This document shows positions 9,625 through 20,600 of a DNA stretch of 64,000 nucleotides, piece by piece; within the stretch, counting starts at the first letter, position 1; each line of letters begins with the position of its first letter. A program made the translations under genes and the position numbers. A model generated the notes under the pieces. It saw only the letters and a list, made by a program, of their open reading frames with translations, did no database searches and was not told where the DNA came from. The DNA comes from an uncultured Thiomicrospira sp. GTDB taxonomy: Bacteria; Pseudomonadota; Gammaproteobacteria; CAKMZV01. Where the stretch lies: contig OZ239628.1 in the NCBI GenBank assembly GCA_965195345.1, positions 512,001-576,000 on the forward strand. Direction: 5' to 3'.

Positions 9625-10800
9625 ATGATGCGTAGCAATCTCAAGATTGCCCTTGTTGCTGGGGAGTTATCAGGTGATATACTTGGGTCCGACTTAATAC
9701 TGCAAATTAAACAACGCTATCCACACGCTGAAATTATTGGTATTGGTGGCACTAAGATGGCTCAGGCAGGACAAAAGCAGTGGTACGATTATTCTGTTTT
9801 GTCGCTGATAGGGTTATTTGAAGTATTGAAGAGTTTAAATGCAATATTAAAATTACGTAAAAAACTGTATAAGCGTTTGCTTGCAGAATCCATCGATCTT
9901 TTTATTGGAATTGACGTTCCAGACTTTAATTTCCCACTTGAAAAGAACCTTAAAAAACAAGGTGTGAAAGTAGTGCATTACGTTAGTCCGTCGGTTTGGG
10001 CATGGAGAAAAGAACGAATCTATAAAATTGCTGATAGTTGTGATCATTTGCTTTGTTTATTTCCATTTGAACCATTCTATTATGCGGATACTGGACTGGA
10101 ATGTTCATTTGTAACGCACCCAATGGCAAAGCAAATTCCTATGGAACCCTTCCAGACAAATTTGATTGAAAAGAACCATCAACTGGACGCAAAAAATAAG
10201 AGTTGCGGAGTTAAGAGCATTGGAGTGCTTCCTGGATCTAGATTAGCTGAAGTGGAAAGAAATCTTCCAGTGCAATTGGCTACAATTCTTTGCTTAAAGA
10301 ATCAATATCAGAGCAATTTGAAGATCATGGTTCCAATAGCGAGCGAAGGCTTACGTGCTTCGGTTGAGCACATTATTGATAAGAAATTTGAATTTCTTAA
10401 AAACAGTATATATTTATTTGACAGTCAAGCTCGAGCAGTTATGCAAGCAAGTGATGTGTTGCTTTTAGCGTCAGGAACCATTGCACTTGAAGCCATGCTA
10501 CTAAAAAAACCAATGGTGGTTATGTACATAATAAACCCCTTAAGTGCTTGGCTTGTTGAACGTCGCTTACAAACCCCATGGGTATCTTTGCCTAATGCAT
10601 TAGCTGGTGAATTTATAGTGCCTGAATACTTACAGCGATTTGCTAAACCAACAAAAATGGCAAAAGAAATGCATCAGTTACTTACGGATGATGCAATAAG
10701 AGGCAAGCAAATTGAATCGTTCACGGAGACTCATCAATCACTAATTTCCAAGAAACAGGCGATTGATGTTATTTCGAAGATGCTAAACCCTAAGGAATGA
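9625..10800 (+). CDS. lpxB: Lipid-A-disaccharide synthase
   Basis: AGELSGD, ID.PDFN, YVSPSVWAWR, LPGSR..E, ASGT..LE. Confidence 0.97.
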   Translation: MMRSNLKIALVAGELSGDILGSDLILQIKQRYPHAEIIGIGGTKMAQAGQKQWYDYSVLSLIGLFEVLKSLNAILKLRKKLYKRLLAESIDLFIGIDVPDFNFPLEKNLKKQGVKVVHYVSPSVWAWRKERIYKIADSCDHLLCLFPFEPFYYADTGLECSFVTHPMAKQIPMEPFQTNLIEKNHQLDAKNKSCGVKSIGVLPGSRLAEVERNLPVQLATILCLKNQYQSNLKIMVPIASEGLRASVEHIIDKKFEFLKNSIYLFDSQARAVMQASDVLLLASGTIALEAMLLKKPMVVMYIINPLSAWLVERRLQTPWVSLPNALAGEFIVPEYLQRFAKPTKMAKEMHQLLTDDAIRGKQIESFTETHQSLISKKQAIDVISKMLNPKE

Positions 10801-11381
10801 AAGTAATTGCTGGCGTTGATGAAGTAGGTAGGGGCTCTTTGTTTGGGAATGTTGTTGCAGCTGCTGTCGTTTTGCCTAAGGGTGCGGTAATTACAAACCT
10901 AAATGATTCGAAGAAACTAAGTCCAAATCAACGTACATTAGCAGCCAAAGTTATAAAAGAACAATCCAGCGATTACAGTATCGCTCAAGCATCAGCGGAA
11001 GAAATAGATCAGTTTAATATACATCAAGCAAGCTTACTGGCTATGAAAAGAGCGGTAGAAGGTCTGCAAATGAAAATTGACGAAGTATGGGTTGATGGAA
11101 AATACTGCCCCAATGTTAATTTTTTTGTTAAAGCTTTTATTCGTGGAGACGCTTTGCACTCTTGTATTTCAGCAGCTTCAATTCTCGCGAAAGTTGCGCG
11201 TGATCAACAATTATTGGAAATGGATAAATATTATCCTGAATATGGTTTTGCTCAACACAAAGGCTACCCAACCTTGAAACATATACAGGCAATAAAAAGT
11301 TATGGCTTGATTAAAGGTTATCGGACGAGCTATAAACCAGTTGCTGAGGTAATAAGCAAGAAGTACAATTGCTTTGACTGA
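10797..11381 (+). CDS. rnhB: Ribonuclease HII
   Basis: AGVDEVGRG, DSKKL, ISAASILAKV.RD, HKGYPT. Confidence 0.97.
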   Translation: MKVIAGVDEVGRGSLFGNVVAAAVVLPKGAVITNLNDSKKLSPNQRTLAAKVIKEQSSDYSIAQASAEEIDQFNIHQASLLAMKRAVEGLQMKIDEVWVDGKYCPNVNFFVKAFIRGDALHSCISAASILAKVARDQQLLEMDKYYPEYGFAQHKGYPTLKHIQAIKSYGLIKGYRTSYKPVAEVISKKYNCFD

Positions 11382-11661
11382 GATATTTCAAGTTTGTTCT
11401 GATTCTTTAAAACTGTACTGCATGCGGAAATATTGAGTTAATTATAACAATAAGCCACTTCTATTTCTTTTTTTAAGTATTTTGCAACAAAGATTATGTG
11501 CCCAGTTGTCTAATTATGTAAAAAGTTTAAAAAAAGCTTGATAAATAGATGTGAGTTTGTTGTAAAGAGCGAGTACAATACGCGTTTCGTTTTTTCTGCT
11601 GTTTGTTGATGTTCAAAATGGCAGTTTTTATTTGATGAACATCGTGAAGGACTGAAATTAT

Positions 11662-11928
11662 ATGAATATCTATGTAGGCAATTTGCCTTATCGTATCACT
11701 GAGAATGAACTTGAAGCTGCTTTTGGAGCCTATGGCGAAGTATCTAGTGTGAGTATTATCAGCGACAAAATTTCTGGCAGATCTAAAGGTTTTGGATTTG
11801 TTGAAATGCCTGTTAAAGGAGAAGCTGAAGCAGCTATAGCTGGATTGAATGAAAGTGATTTGCATGGCAGAAATGTCATGGTAAATGAAGCAAGACCTCG
11901 CGAGGAACGCCCTCGTAGACCCAGCTAA
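11662..11928 (+). CDS. RNA recognition motif (RRM) RNA-binding protein
   Basis: RNP2 IYVGNL and RNP1 KGFGFVEM; VNEARPRE tail; followed by a strong terminator. Confidence 0.93.
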   Translation: MNIYVGNLPYRITENELEAAFGAYGEVSSVSIISDKISGRSKGFGFVEMPVKGEAEAAIAGLNESDLHGRNVMVNEARPREERPRRPS

Positions 11929-11950
11929 AACACCGAATCAATTGGTTTTT

Positions 11951-11983
11951 AAGTAATGGCTCTTTGAGCCATTACTTTTTTTT
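11951..11983 (+). terminator. Rho-independent terminator after RRM gene
   Basis: AAGTAATGGCTC-ttt-GAGCCATTACTT followed by T run. Confidence 0.88.
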
Positions 11984-12287
11984 GTCTGTTTTTTTGTTCA
12001 TATTCATCGTTCTAAAAAGACGCTTGACTACATACGAGCGCAGGCTTATCAGTCTTTTTCGAAAGAGTTTTTATTTTTTTAGTTGTCCCTATTTTGAGCA
12101 GTTTACCCTACAATAGAAGCACATTATGAATCTAACGTTTCTCATTTGACCTCTAAATTAGAAGATGGAAAAGGGTTGAAATATTCTGGTTTGGCAGGTT
12201 AGATATAGACTATAGTGCACAATAGAGTTTTTAAGAAAGAATATTACACATTCATGTATATGAAATTTCAATACCCAATGATGAGCT

Positions 12288-13310
12288 ATGGAAAAAGTTA
12301 AACCAACGAATTATGCTGATAGTGGGGTTGATATTGATGCTGGGAATAAACTGGTGGAAAATATTCGTCCCTTCATTAAAGCAACGCATCGAACAGAAGT
12401 ATTGGGTAATTTTGGAGGGTTTGGTAGCGCTTTTCGTTTGCCAAGCAACTATAAAAAACCAGTGCTCATTAGTGCAACCGATGGTGTGGGAACAAAGCTT
12501 CGTTTGGCAATTAGTAAGAAAAAGTATGGATCAATAGGCATTGATTTGGTAGCTATGTGTGCCAATGATTTGATTGTAAATGGCGCTGAACCACTTTTTT
12601 TCCTTGATTATTACGCATCTGGCAAACTTGATGTTGAAGTTGCCTCAAGTGTTATTGAAGGAATAGCGAAAGGATGTAGAGAAGCACAATGCGCATTAAT
12701 AGGGGGCGAAACGGCAGAAATGCCAGGTATCTATGCATCAGATGATTTTGATTTGGCAGGTTTTTGCGTAGGGATCGTTGAAGAGGACGAGATGATTACT
12801 GGATCGCTTGTCCAACAAGGAGATATACTGCTTGGATTGCCTTCAAGTGGTGTCCATTCAAATGGTTTTTCTTTGGTGCGTAGCATTATCAATCAAGTTG
12901 GTGAGGTTGATGAAGGAATAGTATCTGAGTTGCTTCTTCCTACTACAATTTATGTGAAGTCCATCCGTTCCTTGTTAAAGCAAGTGAGACCAAAATCTAT
13001 CTCCCACATTACCGGAGGGGGGTTGATTGAAAATATACCGCGGGTGCTGCCTAGTACAATGGCCGTAGAAATTGATATGCATGCATGGGAGAGACCTGCT
13101 ATTTTTAAATGGATACAGGAGAAAGGTCAAGTTGAAGAATTGGAAATGCGCCGAGTTTTCAATTGTGGCATTGGAATGGTTGTAATTATTGATCCAAATG
13201 ATTATGCCTTAGCTTTTGACACATTGCACGCTTGTGGGGAAAGTCCTGTTAAGATGGGCAAAGTTATTAAAAATACAAACCTTGATAGTCAAGTCCAATT
13301 TAATGGCTAA
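12288..13310 (+). CDS. purM: Phosphoribosylformylglycinamidine cyclo-ligase
   Basis: YADSGVDIDAG, TDGVGTK, GGETAEMPG, HSNGFSL, HITGGG, FNCGIG. Confidence 0.97.
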   Translation: MEKVKPTNYADSGVDIDAGNKLVENIRPFIKATHRTEVLGNFGGFGSAFRLPSNYKKPVLISATDGVGTKLRLAISKKKYGSIGIDLVAMCANDLIVNGAEPLFFLDYYASGKLDVEVASSVIEGIAKGCREAQCALIGGETAEMPGIYASDDFDLAGFCVGIVEEDEMITGSLVQQGDILLGLPSSGVHSNGFSLVRSIINQVGEVDEGIVSELLLPTTIYVKSIRSLLKQVRPKSISHITGGGLIENIPRVLPSTMAVEIDMHAWERPAIFKWIQEKGQVEELEMRRVFNCGIGMVVIIDPNDYALAFDTLHACGESPVKMGKVIKNTNLDSQVQFNG

Positions 13311-13917
13311 TAATCGAATCGCCATTTTATTTTCTGGAAATGGTTCCAATATGCAAGCAATTGTTTCTGCTTGTCAAGACGGTTATTTAAATGCATCAGT
13401 GGTAAAATTGATTTGTAATAATCCTGATGCCAAAGGGATACAGTATGCTCTTCAACAGAAAATGGATTGCTCGGTTATTGATCATCGACAATGCAGTGAG
13501 CTTGCTGAGTTTGAAGAAAAAATAATTGATCTTCTTAAAGAATCTCAAGCTAATTGGATTGTTCTGGCCGGTTTTATGCGTGTTCTGTCTGCACGGTTCG
13601 TTCAATTATTCAGAGGTAGAATTGTTAATATTCATCCTTCATTGTTGCCACGCCACCCTGGACTGAACACCCATCAGAAAGTTATTGATTCTGGAGATAA
13701 GGAGCATGGAGCGAGCGTGCATTTTGTTACGGAGGGTGTTGACGAGGGTCCTCTAATAATGCAGGAAAAAATCACGGTGGACGTTGAAGACACAGTGCTA
13801 TCTTTGGCTGAAAAAGTGTTAGCAAGAGAACATTCTCTTTACATTCGGGCGCTAAAGCTTATTTTTGATCAATCTTTGAGAGCGGATAATGAAAATTCAT
13901 ATGAAAAGGTTAGTTAG
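13303..13917 (+). CDS. purN: Phosphoribosylglycinamide formyltransferase (start ATG 13303)
   Basis: SGNGSN, LAGFMR, NIHPSLLP, HFV...D.GP; overlaps purM end. Confidence 0.96.
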   Translation: MANNRIAILFSGNGSNMQAIVSACQDGYLNASVVKLICNNPDAKGIQYALQQKMDCSVIDHRQCSELAEFEEKIIDLLKESQANWIVLAGFMRVLSARFVQLFRGRIVNIHPSLLPRHPGLNTHQKVIDSGDKEHGASVHFVTEGVDEGPLIMQEKITVDVEDTVLSLAEKVLAREHSLYIRALKLIFDQSLRADNENSYEKVS

Positions 13918-14587
13918 TCTCGCAATATTTTTTTTATCTTTCAATGCGCTTGCTGTCGACCTGAAACCATTTGAATATAAATACGAGCTTTCTTATGGAG
14001 AATTGACGCTGGGTCAGGGTACTTTAAAGCTTGAAAAAGAAAGCAATAACCTATGGAGATTTAGTTTTCGAGCAAAGTCAGAAGGTTTAGTTAGTTTGTT
14101 ATACGATGCTGATTTGCACGAAGAAAGTTGGGTTGAAGCTGATATCGATGGAAACTTGCGTAGCAAACGTTACCGCTTTAGAGTTGCTGGGGATGAAGAG
14201 TTAGATCACACAGTTTTTTTTAACTACTTGACTTTTGAAATACATAGAAAAGATGGTAAAGAAAAATGGAATTTTGAAGAGGAGGTTGCTGCCGATCGAC
14301 TATCGTTCCCTTTTATTATCGCTCATGAACTTGCAAACGGTCAGGACCTTAGAGAAACATATCTTATTGCAGGCTATCATCATTTTTGGAATGTATCCTT
14401 CTTGAATCTAGGTAAAGAGGAAGTGTCTCGCGGTAATGTTGTGTACCAAACGGTTCGCTTACAGGCTAAGGATGGCGAGGAGGAAATTGATATTTGGTTA
14501 GACCACGAAAATAATTTCACTCCTGTTGAAGTTAATTTTTATAGTGGCAAAGGCTGGGCATCGAAATATTATCTAGTGTCGCAGTAA
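13889..14587 (+). CDS. DUF3108-family exported protein (alternative start 13901)
   Basis: Signal peptide, beta-rich, IWLD....P tail; usual position after purMN. Confidence 0.7.
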   Translation: MKIHMKRLVSLAIFFLSFNALAVDLKPFEYKYELSYGELTLGQGTLKLEKESNNLWRFSFRAKSEGLVSLLYDADLHEESWVEADIDGNLRSKRYRFRVAGDEELDHTVFFNYLTFEIHRKDGKEKWNFEEEVAADRLSFPFIIAHELANGQDLRETYLIAGYHHFWNVSFLNLGKEEVSRGNVVYQTVRLQAKDGEEEIDIWLDHENNFTPVEVNFYSGKGWASKYYLVSQ

Positions 14588-14601
14588 TTCAACAAGAATA
14601 T

Positions 14602-15222
14602 ATGGAAGCTTATCAAAAAAGGGTTATGGCTTTGGCTGCAATGTATCAATGTGCACAGTTAGTTCACTCTATAGCAGTAAAAGGCGTTGCTAATCTGGAG
14701 GATTTTAAAGCAGTTAAATCATTATTGTTTGCTGCTAATAATGAATCTTTCAATGAAAACATGAAGAATATTTCTTCTTATCGTACGGGACTGCTTCAAC
14801 TTAGAAAACAATTGGCAGGAGAAGAAAGTGAAATTGAAAATCTTGAAGTTACTCGTTATGTGATCAGTTTGATTTCCTTGGAAAAAGTTTTTTCTAAAGA
14901 TTTTGACTTATTAGAACAAGTTGTTGGTAAGGTGGAGACAGTGCGTGAAGGAGCTCAAGAGAAGGATTTAGATGAAGTGATTGAGTCGTTAGCCGCAGTA
15001 TACACCGAAGGTATCAGTGCTTTGCAACCTCGCATTCGAGTAAAAGGGTCAAAAAACTTTCTTTCCAGCGGTAATAATGCAGCGCGTGTCCGTTGTATTT
15101 TATTGGCTGGATTACGTATAGCTATGTATTGGCGTTATGTTGGTGGTAGGCGTTGGCATTTGTTCTTTTTGCGTAAGCGTTATATATCGGTTTCAGAAGA
15201 TTTAATTCGTTCCTGCGCTTGA
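14602..15222 (+). CDS. hflD: HflD lysogenization regulator family protein
   Basis: ALA.MYQCAQLV, RY..SL..LE, ISALQPRI.V.G, R..LLAG.R...W...GG.RW. Confidence 0.9.
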   Translation: MEAYQKRVMALAAMYQCAQLVHSIAVKGVANLEDFKAVKSLLFAANNESFNENMKNISSYRTGLLQLRKQLAGEESEIENLEVTRYVISLISLEKVFSKDFDLLEQVVGKVETVREGAQEKDLDEVIESLAAVYTEGISALQPRIRVKGSKNFLSSGNNAARVRCILLAGLRIAMYWRYVGGRRWHLFFLRKRYISVSEDLIRSCA

Positions 15223-15292
15223 ATAGCTTTGGTTCTTTGCATGAATATTTATTTTAGATTAACTAAAGTTTTCTGATGAAGGTGCGAATAAT

Positions 15293-15805
15293 ATGAAATG
15301 GTTAATGGATAGATTGCTTACTCGGGATGAAGTCATGAACTCACAAGTTTACGCTCCAATCCGTTCATTTTTGCATCATAAGTATCTATGGAGCTGGCAG
15401 CGACGAAGCGTAGGAAGAGCATGCGTTATCGGTATAGTGGGAGCATTTACTCCATGGCCACTGCAGATGATTCAGTGTGCTGTGTTGGCAGTTGTTTTTA
15501 AAGCACATTTGCCTTTGTCTGTAGGTCTAGTTTGGATTACAAACCCTGTGACTATACCTATTTTTTTGGTTGTGGTATATTATACTGGCGCTACAATTTT
15601 AGGTAAATCACTTGATGTGTCTGGCTTTACGTGGTCAATTCACTGGTTTTATGAAAATATTGGTAATTTAGGACTGCCCATCTTGCTTGGGTGTGCTATC
15701 CATGCTGTTTTTTGGGGTTTTTTGTTGCGTGCATTTGTGTTAATGATTTGGAGAAGACGTATTTCGTCCAGATGGCTTAGGCGATCTATTCGAAAACCAT
15801 TGTGA
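15293..15805 (+). CDS. DUF2062-family membrane protein
   Basis: LW...RRSV..A..IG....F.P.P.Q and WITNPVT motifs. Confidence 0.8.
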   Translation: MKWLMDRLLTRDEVMNSQVYAPIRSFLHHKYLWSWQRRSVGRACVIGIVGAFTPWPLQMIQCAVLAVVFKAHLPLSVGLVWITNPVTIPIFLVVVYYTGATILGKSLDVSGFTWSIHWFYENIGNLGLPILLGCAIHAVFWGFLLRAFVLMIWRRRISSRWLRRSIRKPL

Positions 15806-15869
15806 AAAGCGATGCGATTTTTTAAACGATTGAGAAGAGCGCATCTCAACTATATACGGTTATAAAAAT

Positions 15870-16403
15870 ATGCAATTATTATTTGATTTGCTGCCTGTTA
15901 TTTTATTTTTTGTTGCTTATAAATTCAGTGGGATTTATACAGCAACGATTGTTGCTATCATTGCTTCAATTATCCAAGTTGTAATTAGTAGATTACGCAA
16001 TGGGAAGTTTGAAAATATGCAGATATTCACACTCATTATTCTCGTGGTGATGGGAGGGTTGACCATTGGTCTGCAGAACGAACAATTCATAAAATGGAAA
16101 CCAACATTGGTTAATTGGGGTTTTGCTATAGCCATTTATATTTTTACTATTGTGCAACGCAGACCCGCTATAGAAAAATTGATGGGTAAGAAAATACAAT
16201 TGCCAATTAACATTTGGTATCAACTAAATAATGCGTGGGCAATATTCTTTATTTTATTGGGTGCGTTAAATCTATGGGTTGCGTATCAGTTTTCTACAGA
16301 AACGTGGGTGAATTTCAAACTATTCGGATTGATGGGGATTACATTATTTTTTGTATTAATACAAGGCGTATATTTAAGTAAACATATGAAAACGGAGGAG
16401 TGA
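15870..16403 (+). CDS. yciB: Inner membrane septation protein YciB/IspZ
   Basis: FD.LP.ILFF.AYK, FIKWKPT, WVNFKLFG. Confidence 0.94.
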   Translation: MQLLFDLLPVILFFVAYKFSGIYTATIVAIIASIIQVVISRLRNGKFENMQIFTLIILVVMGGLTIGLQNEQFIKWKPTLVNWGFAIAIYIFTIVQRRPAIEKLMGKKIQLPINIWYQLNNAWAIFFILLGALNLWVAYQFSTETWVNFKLFGLMGITLFFVLIQGVYLSKHMKTEE

Positions 16404-16407
16404 TAGG

Positions 16408-16716
16408 ATGCAATATTATTCAATTGTTGGTGAAGATGTCGAGAATAGTCTCGAACGCCGTCAGAAAGTTCGAGCAGCACATGTGAAACGTCTGCAAGAT
16501 CTTGTTTCGCAAAATCGCGTTTTAATCTCTGGTCCTAATCCTAATGAAAACGGAGATGGCTTTAGCGGTTCGGTGATGATTATCCAGTTTGAATCACTGC
16601 AGTCCGCCCAGAAGTGGATTGATGAGGACGTGTATACTTTGGCGAAAGTATACAAAAAAGTTACTGTTAAACCATACGCACCTTTATTTGGAAGCGCCGT
16701 GGCAAACTTGGATTGA
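16408..16716 (+). CDS. yciI: YciI family protein
   Basis: R..HV.RL, SGP, GSV, F.S...A..W...D.Y; yciB-yciI synteny. Confidence 0.88.
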   Translation: MQYYSIVGEDVENSLERRQKVRAAHVKRLQDLVSQNRVLISGPNPNENGDGFSGSVMIIQFESLQSAQKWIDEDVYTLAKVYKKVTVKPYAPLFGSAVANLD

Positions 16717-16717
16717 G

Positions 16718-17203
16718 ATGTCTACAGCTATTCAACTGCTGTTAACAGGGGGGACGTTTGATAAAAACTATAATCCTTTAACGGGTGAACTTGTTTTTTA
16801 TAAAACGCATTTGCCAAAGCTTCTCGATCAAGTGAATTTTCAAGGAGATGTTCATTTACAAACGCTTTTTCTAAAGGATAGTGCTGAATTTAGCGAGGAT
16901 GATCGTAAGCTAATTATTGACACTATTTCATCGAGTAGTTACCAACGCATAATCGTTATTCATGGTACTGATACTATGTGTCAAAGTGCTGAAGCACTTG
17001 ATGTTTGCGATAAAACTATAATTTTTACAGGAGCGATGAAGCCTTGGAAATTAGGCAACAGCGATGCCGAATTTAATTTGGGAATGGCTATTGCGTTAAC
17101 TCAATGCTTGAAAACAGGTATCTATATCACAATGCAAGGGGAGTTTTGGAGTGCGGGAGACGTGTTAAAACATCCTAATAAAGGATTATTCATCGCGCGC
17201 TAA
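16718..17203 (+). CDS. Asparaginase N-terminal domain-only protein (start ATG 16718)
   Basis: TGGTFDK, HGTDTM, TGAM, SDAEFNLG; about 161 aa, no C-terminal domain. Confidence 0.85.
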   Translation: MSTAIQLLLTGGTFDKNYNPLTGELVFYKTHLPKLLDQVNFQGDVHLQTLFLKDSAEFSEDDRKLIIDTISSSSYQRIIVIHGTDTMCQSAEALDVCDKTIIFTGAMKPWKLGNSDAEFNLGMAIALTQCLKTGIYITMQGEFWSAGDVLKHPNKGLFIAR

Positions 17204-17213
17204 TGTGATTAAA

Positions 17214-17429
17214 TCATTTATTTCGGTAAACTATACGACCCTTGGTTAGGTCGTAAGGGCTTATTTCCAAGCGCACTAAATCGCCATTGAGGATTCGAAT
17301 ATAGTGCTTGCGAATTTTTCCAGAAATGTGTGCATTGACAACATGACCATTCTCTAATTTAACACGAAAGGTAGTGTTTGGCAACGTTTCAATGACCGTC
17401 CCTTCCATTTCAATAACATCTTTAGACAT
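17214..17429 (-). CDS. infA: Translation initiation factor IF-1
   Basis: [47 protein letters not shown]. Confidence 0.98.
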   Translation of the reverse strand: MSKDVIEMEGTVIETLPNTTFRVKLENGHVVNAHISGKIRKHYIRILNGDLVRLEISPYDLTKGRIVYRNK

Positions 17430-17458
17430 AAATAACCGTAAAAAACTGAATTGCGCGG

Positions 17459-17486
17459 ATTATACCTGCTATTTCTATTTAGTGAA
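17459..17486 (-). promoter_or_regulatory. Putative sigma-70 promoter of infA
   Basis: TTCACT-N16-TATAAT on minus strand, about 30 nt upstream of the start. Confidence 0.45.
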
Positions 17487-17615
17487 CAATTACGGATTTA
17501 AAATGTGAAAGTCTCTAAAGTTACTTGTTGAAAAGAGGGACGGTGGCGGTTTAATCGTTAAATGTATTTGAGCAGCTACTATATATAATGTATACTAAGG
17601 ATATAAGTTCTTGTA

Positions 17616-20600
17616 TTGATGGTTTTTAAAATGAAAAGATTAAACGCAGGCAGCATTCACACTAAACAAATTCAATGGTTTTTTATTGTGCTTTCTTATG
17701 CCCTTTGCTTTTTCATTGCTCCTCTTTCTTATGCAGGAGAGCCTGATCGTTCCGATAATACAAATCAAACTTCTGCTTTAGGGGAATCTTCAAGAGAGGA
17801 AGATTTGCTTCCTGAGTTAATTATTCGATTTAAAGATGGCGTAAATGGAAGCAGTGTTGTTCAACAACTAGCCCAGACAATGAACATTAGCAATCTCGAA
17901 CATAATAAGATGCGTGTTTCTTTTATCAATGCGCAGGTTGTTAAGATGGACAGTCAGCGTATGCAGGATTTTATTGACAAAATATCTGAAAACAAAGATG
18001 TTTTATCTATTGAACGCAATCAAAAATATAAAGCAAAGTTAACTGTTAATGATCCCCGCGTCGGTGAGCAATGGGGATTGACCAATATGAACGCTTTTGG
18101 AGGCTGGGATATTACAACCGGCACAGCTACTCAGTATGTTGGTGTTATTGATACAGGAATTGATTACAATCATTCTGATTTATCCAGTGTGGTGTGGAGC
18201 AATCCACGGGAAACTGCTGGTGATGGGATTGACAACGATAATAATGGTTGGATTGATGATATTCATGGATTAAATGTTGTAACTACTAATCCGAGTAATG
18301 AGGGAGACCCGTTAGATGATAATAATCATGGGACACACGTGACGGGTGTGATAGCTGCTGCGACAAATAATAGTATAGGAATAGCAGGGTTGAACCATAA
18401 TACGAAAATCATAGCATGTAAGTTTTTAGATAATAATGGCAGCGGATCTCTTATAGGCGCCATGATATGTATGGATTATTTTTTAAATCTAAAAAGAAGT
18501 GGTGTTAATGTCGTTGCCACAAACAACTCATGGGGTGGCGGCGGAGCACACTCTGACTTGATGTTTGCTGCAATAAAAGCCCATGGAGACAATAATATTG
18601 CTTTTATAGCAGCTGCAGGTAATTCATCGAACGATAATGATCAAGCACCAGCATATCCTGCAAGTTATAGGCTAAAAAATGTACTATCGGTGGCTGCTAT
18701 TGAAGAGCAAAATACATTAGCTTCGTTTTCAAACTTTGGACAGCGCAGAGTACATATTGGTGCTCCGGGAGTTAGTGTGCTATCAACGATTCGTAATAAT
18801 GGGTATGCCAGCTATAGAGGAACTTCTATGGCATCTCCTCACGTGGCAGGATTGTACAGTCTTGTTCTTTCTCAAAACCCATCATTATCTCCTGAGCAAG
18901 CTATAGCGCGTCTCTTGGCGGGTGCACAACCAACGTCTGATTTGTTAGGGAAAACAGTAACAGGAGCTCGTGCATCTGCTTTGAATAATGTAAACGGAGG
19001 AGCCTTAGGTTGTAATGGAAGGCATAGTTATCAAAAGCTAATTAATCCAGTTGCCGCCATTGGAGAAAATGTCATAGTTCCTGTTGGAGTTGCAGTAAAT
19101 ATAGAGTACGCTTATTTTACTTGTGATGCTGGAAGCAAACCTTCCACAGTCACTGCATATTTAGGAGATAGGGAATTACAGTTATTGGACAATGGCATAG
19201 GTGCTGACGTAGAGCAAGGGGATGGCGTTTACAGCAGTAGTATTCAGTATACAACAGAGGTCGTTGAAAGTTGGACATTCCCCAATGGTGAGGTTTTATC
19301 AATTGAAGTACAAGGATCTGATTATAGATTGGTTGAGCGGTCTTTTAATTGGATAGATATAGATCCATACAGACCTAATAATTTACTTTTAGGCGATGAT
19401 CAATCGACTACTATTCCGCTTCCATTTGATGTTGATTTTGCCTCTTCTCAAAATTTCAGATCGTTAATAGTAAACAGTAATGGTTTAATTTCAGGGAGTG
19501 ATCTAAGCAACTTTTTATACATAAATGGAAATTTGCCTCATTCTAGGTTGAGTAATTTTACTATCGCAGCTTATTGGGATGACTTAAGACCCTCAGCAGC
19601 TGCTAATGTTTATACCGCAACAATAGGAAGTTCGGTGGGTAACCGTCAATTTATTATTGAATGGCGTAATGTGCCTTTGTTCTTAGATTCATCTACTCTT
19701 TTTCATTTTCAAGTTGTTTTTTTTGAAGCAAGTTCAGATGTGCATTTGAATTATAGAAATGTTTCGGAAAATTCCCCTCTAGGGGGTGGACGTTCTTCGA
19801 CTATAGGTTATCAAAAAAGTCCAAGACTTGCTCAAACATGGTCTGTCAATACACCATCGATTAGAAATAATACAACGCTTATATTGAAGAGTGACGCGAA
19901 TGATTTCTCTATTTCTTTGAATTCCACCGGCGTATTAAAGGTGGGAGAAGAGGTGACGTTTTTTGGGAATGTTCAAAATGCTAGTGGTTCTGTTAATATC
20001 CAATTAGATCTTGGTGATGGCAACATAGTGCAACGTTTACAAAATCCTTTTACAGTCACCCATAGATACTCCACTCCAGGTAACTTTATTGTTCAGGCTG
20101 AGGCCATCGATTTGTTAGGTTCTAGAGAAGCGTCTATTCTAAGTGTAAGTATAGCTGATTTATCTGTTGATGAAAAAATTGAACGTGCTCGAACTGAGCT
20201 TTTAAATAGTATTTATGCGGCTCCAGAAAATTTTGGATTGATAAGTTCTGTTACGCATCAAGCAGCTGTTGCTGAAAGTATTGATCGTGCTCGAACTGAT
20301 CTTTTGAGCAGTATTTATGCCAATCCAGAAGACTATGGTTTGGTAAGTTCTGTTACCTATCAAGCAGTACTTGATCAGCTAGAAGCTATACCAGCTTCAG
20401 AAATCACCTCTAATTCTATTCAACAACTGAGTAGTGGTTGGCATTTACTTGGTTCTGATTCAAGAATGAGTGATATGAGTGTTTTTGATAGTGCTTTGGC
20501 AGTGTGGGTGTATGATGCTTCTAACGAAAGATTTAATGTCTACTCGTCTTTTCCTGTCGTCCGAGAAAGCCTTTTAGAACAAGGATATACATTAGTCAAC

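Noticed and set aside
12128-12145. Possible PurR box upstream of purM (AACGTTT core)
   Set aside because: The flanks do not match ACGCAAACGTTTTCGT.
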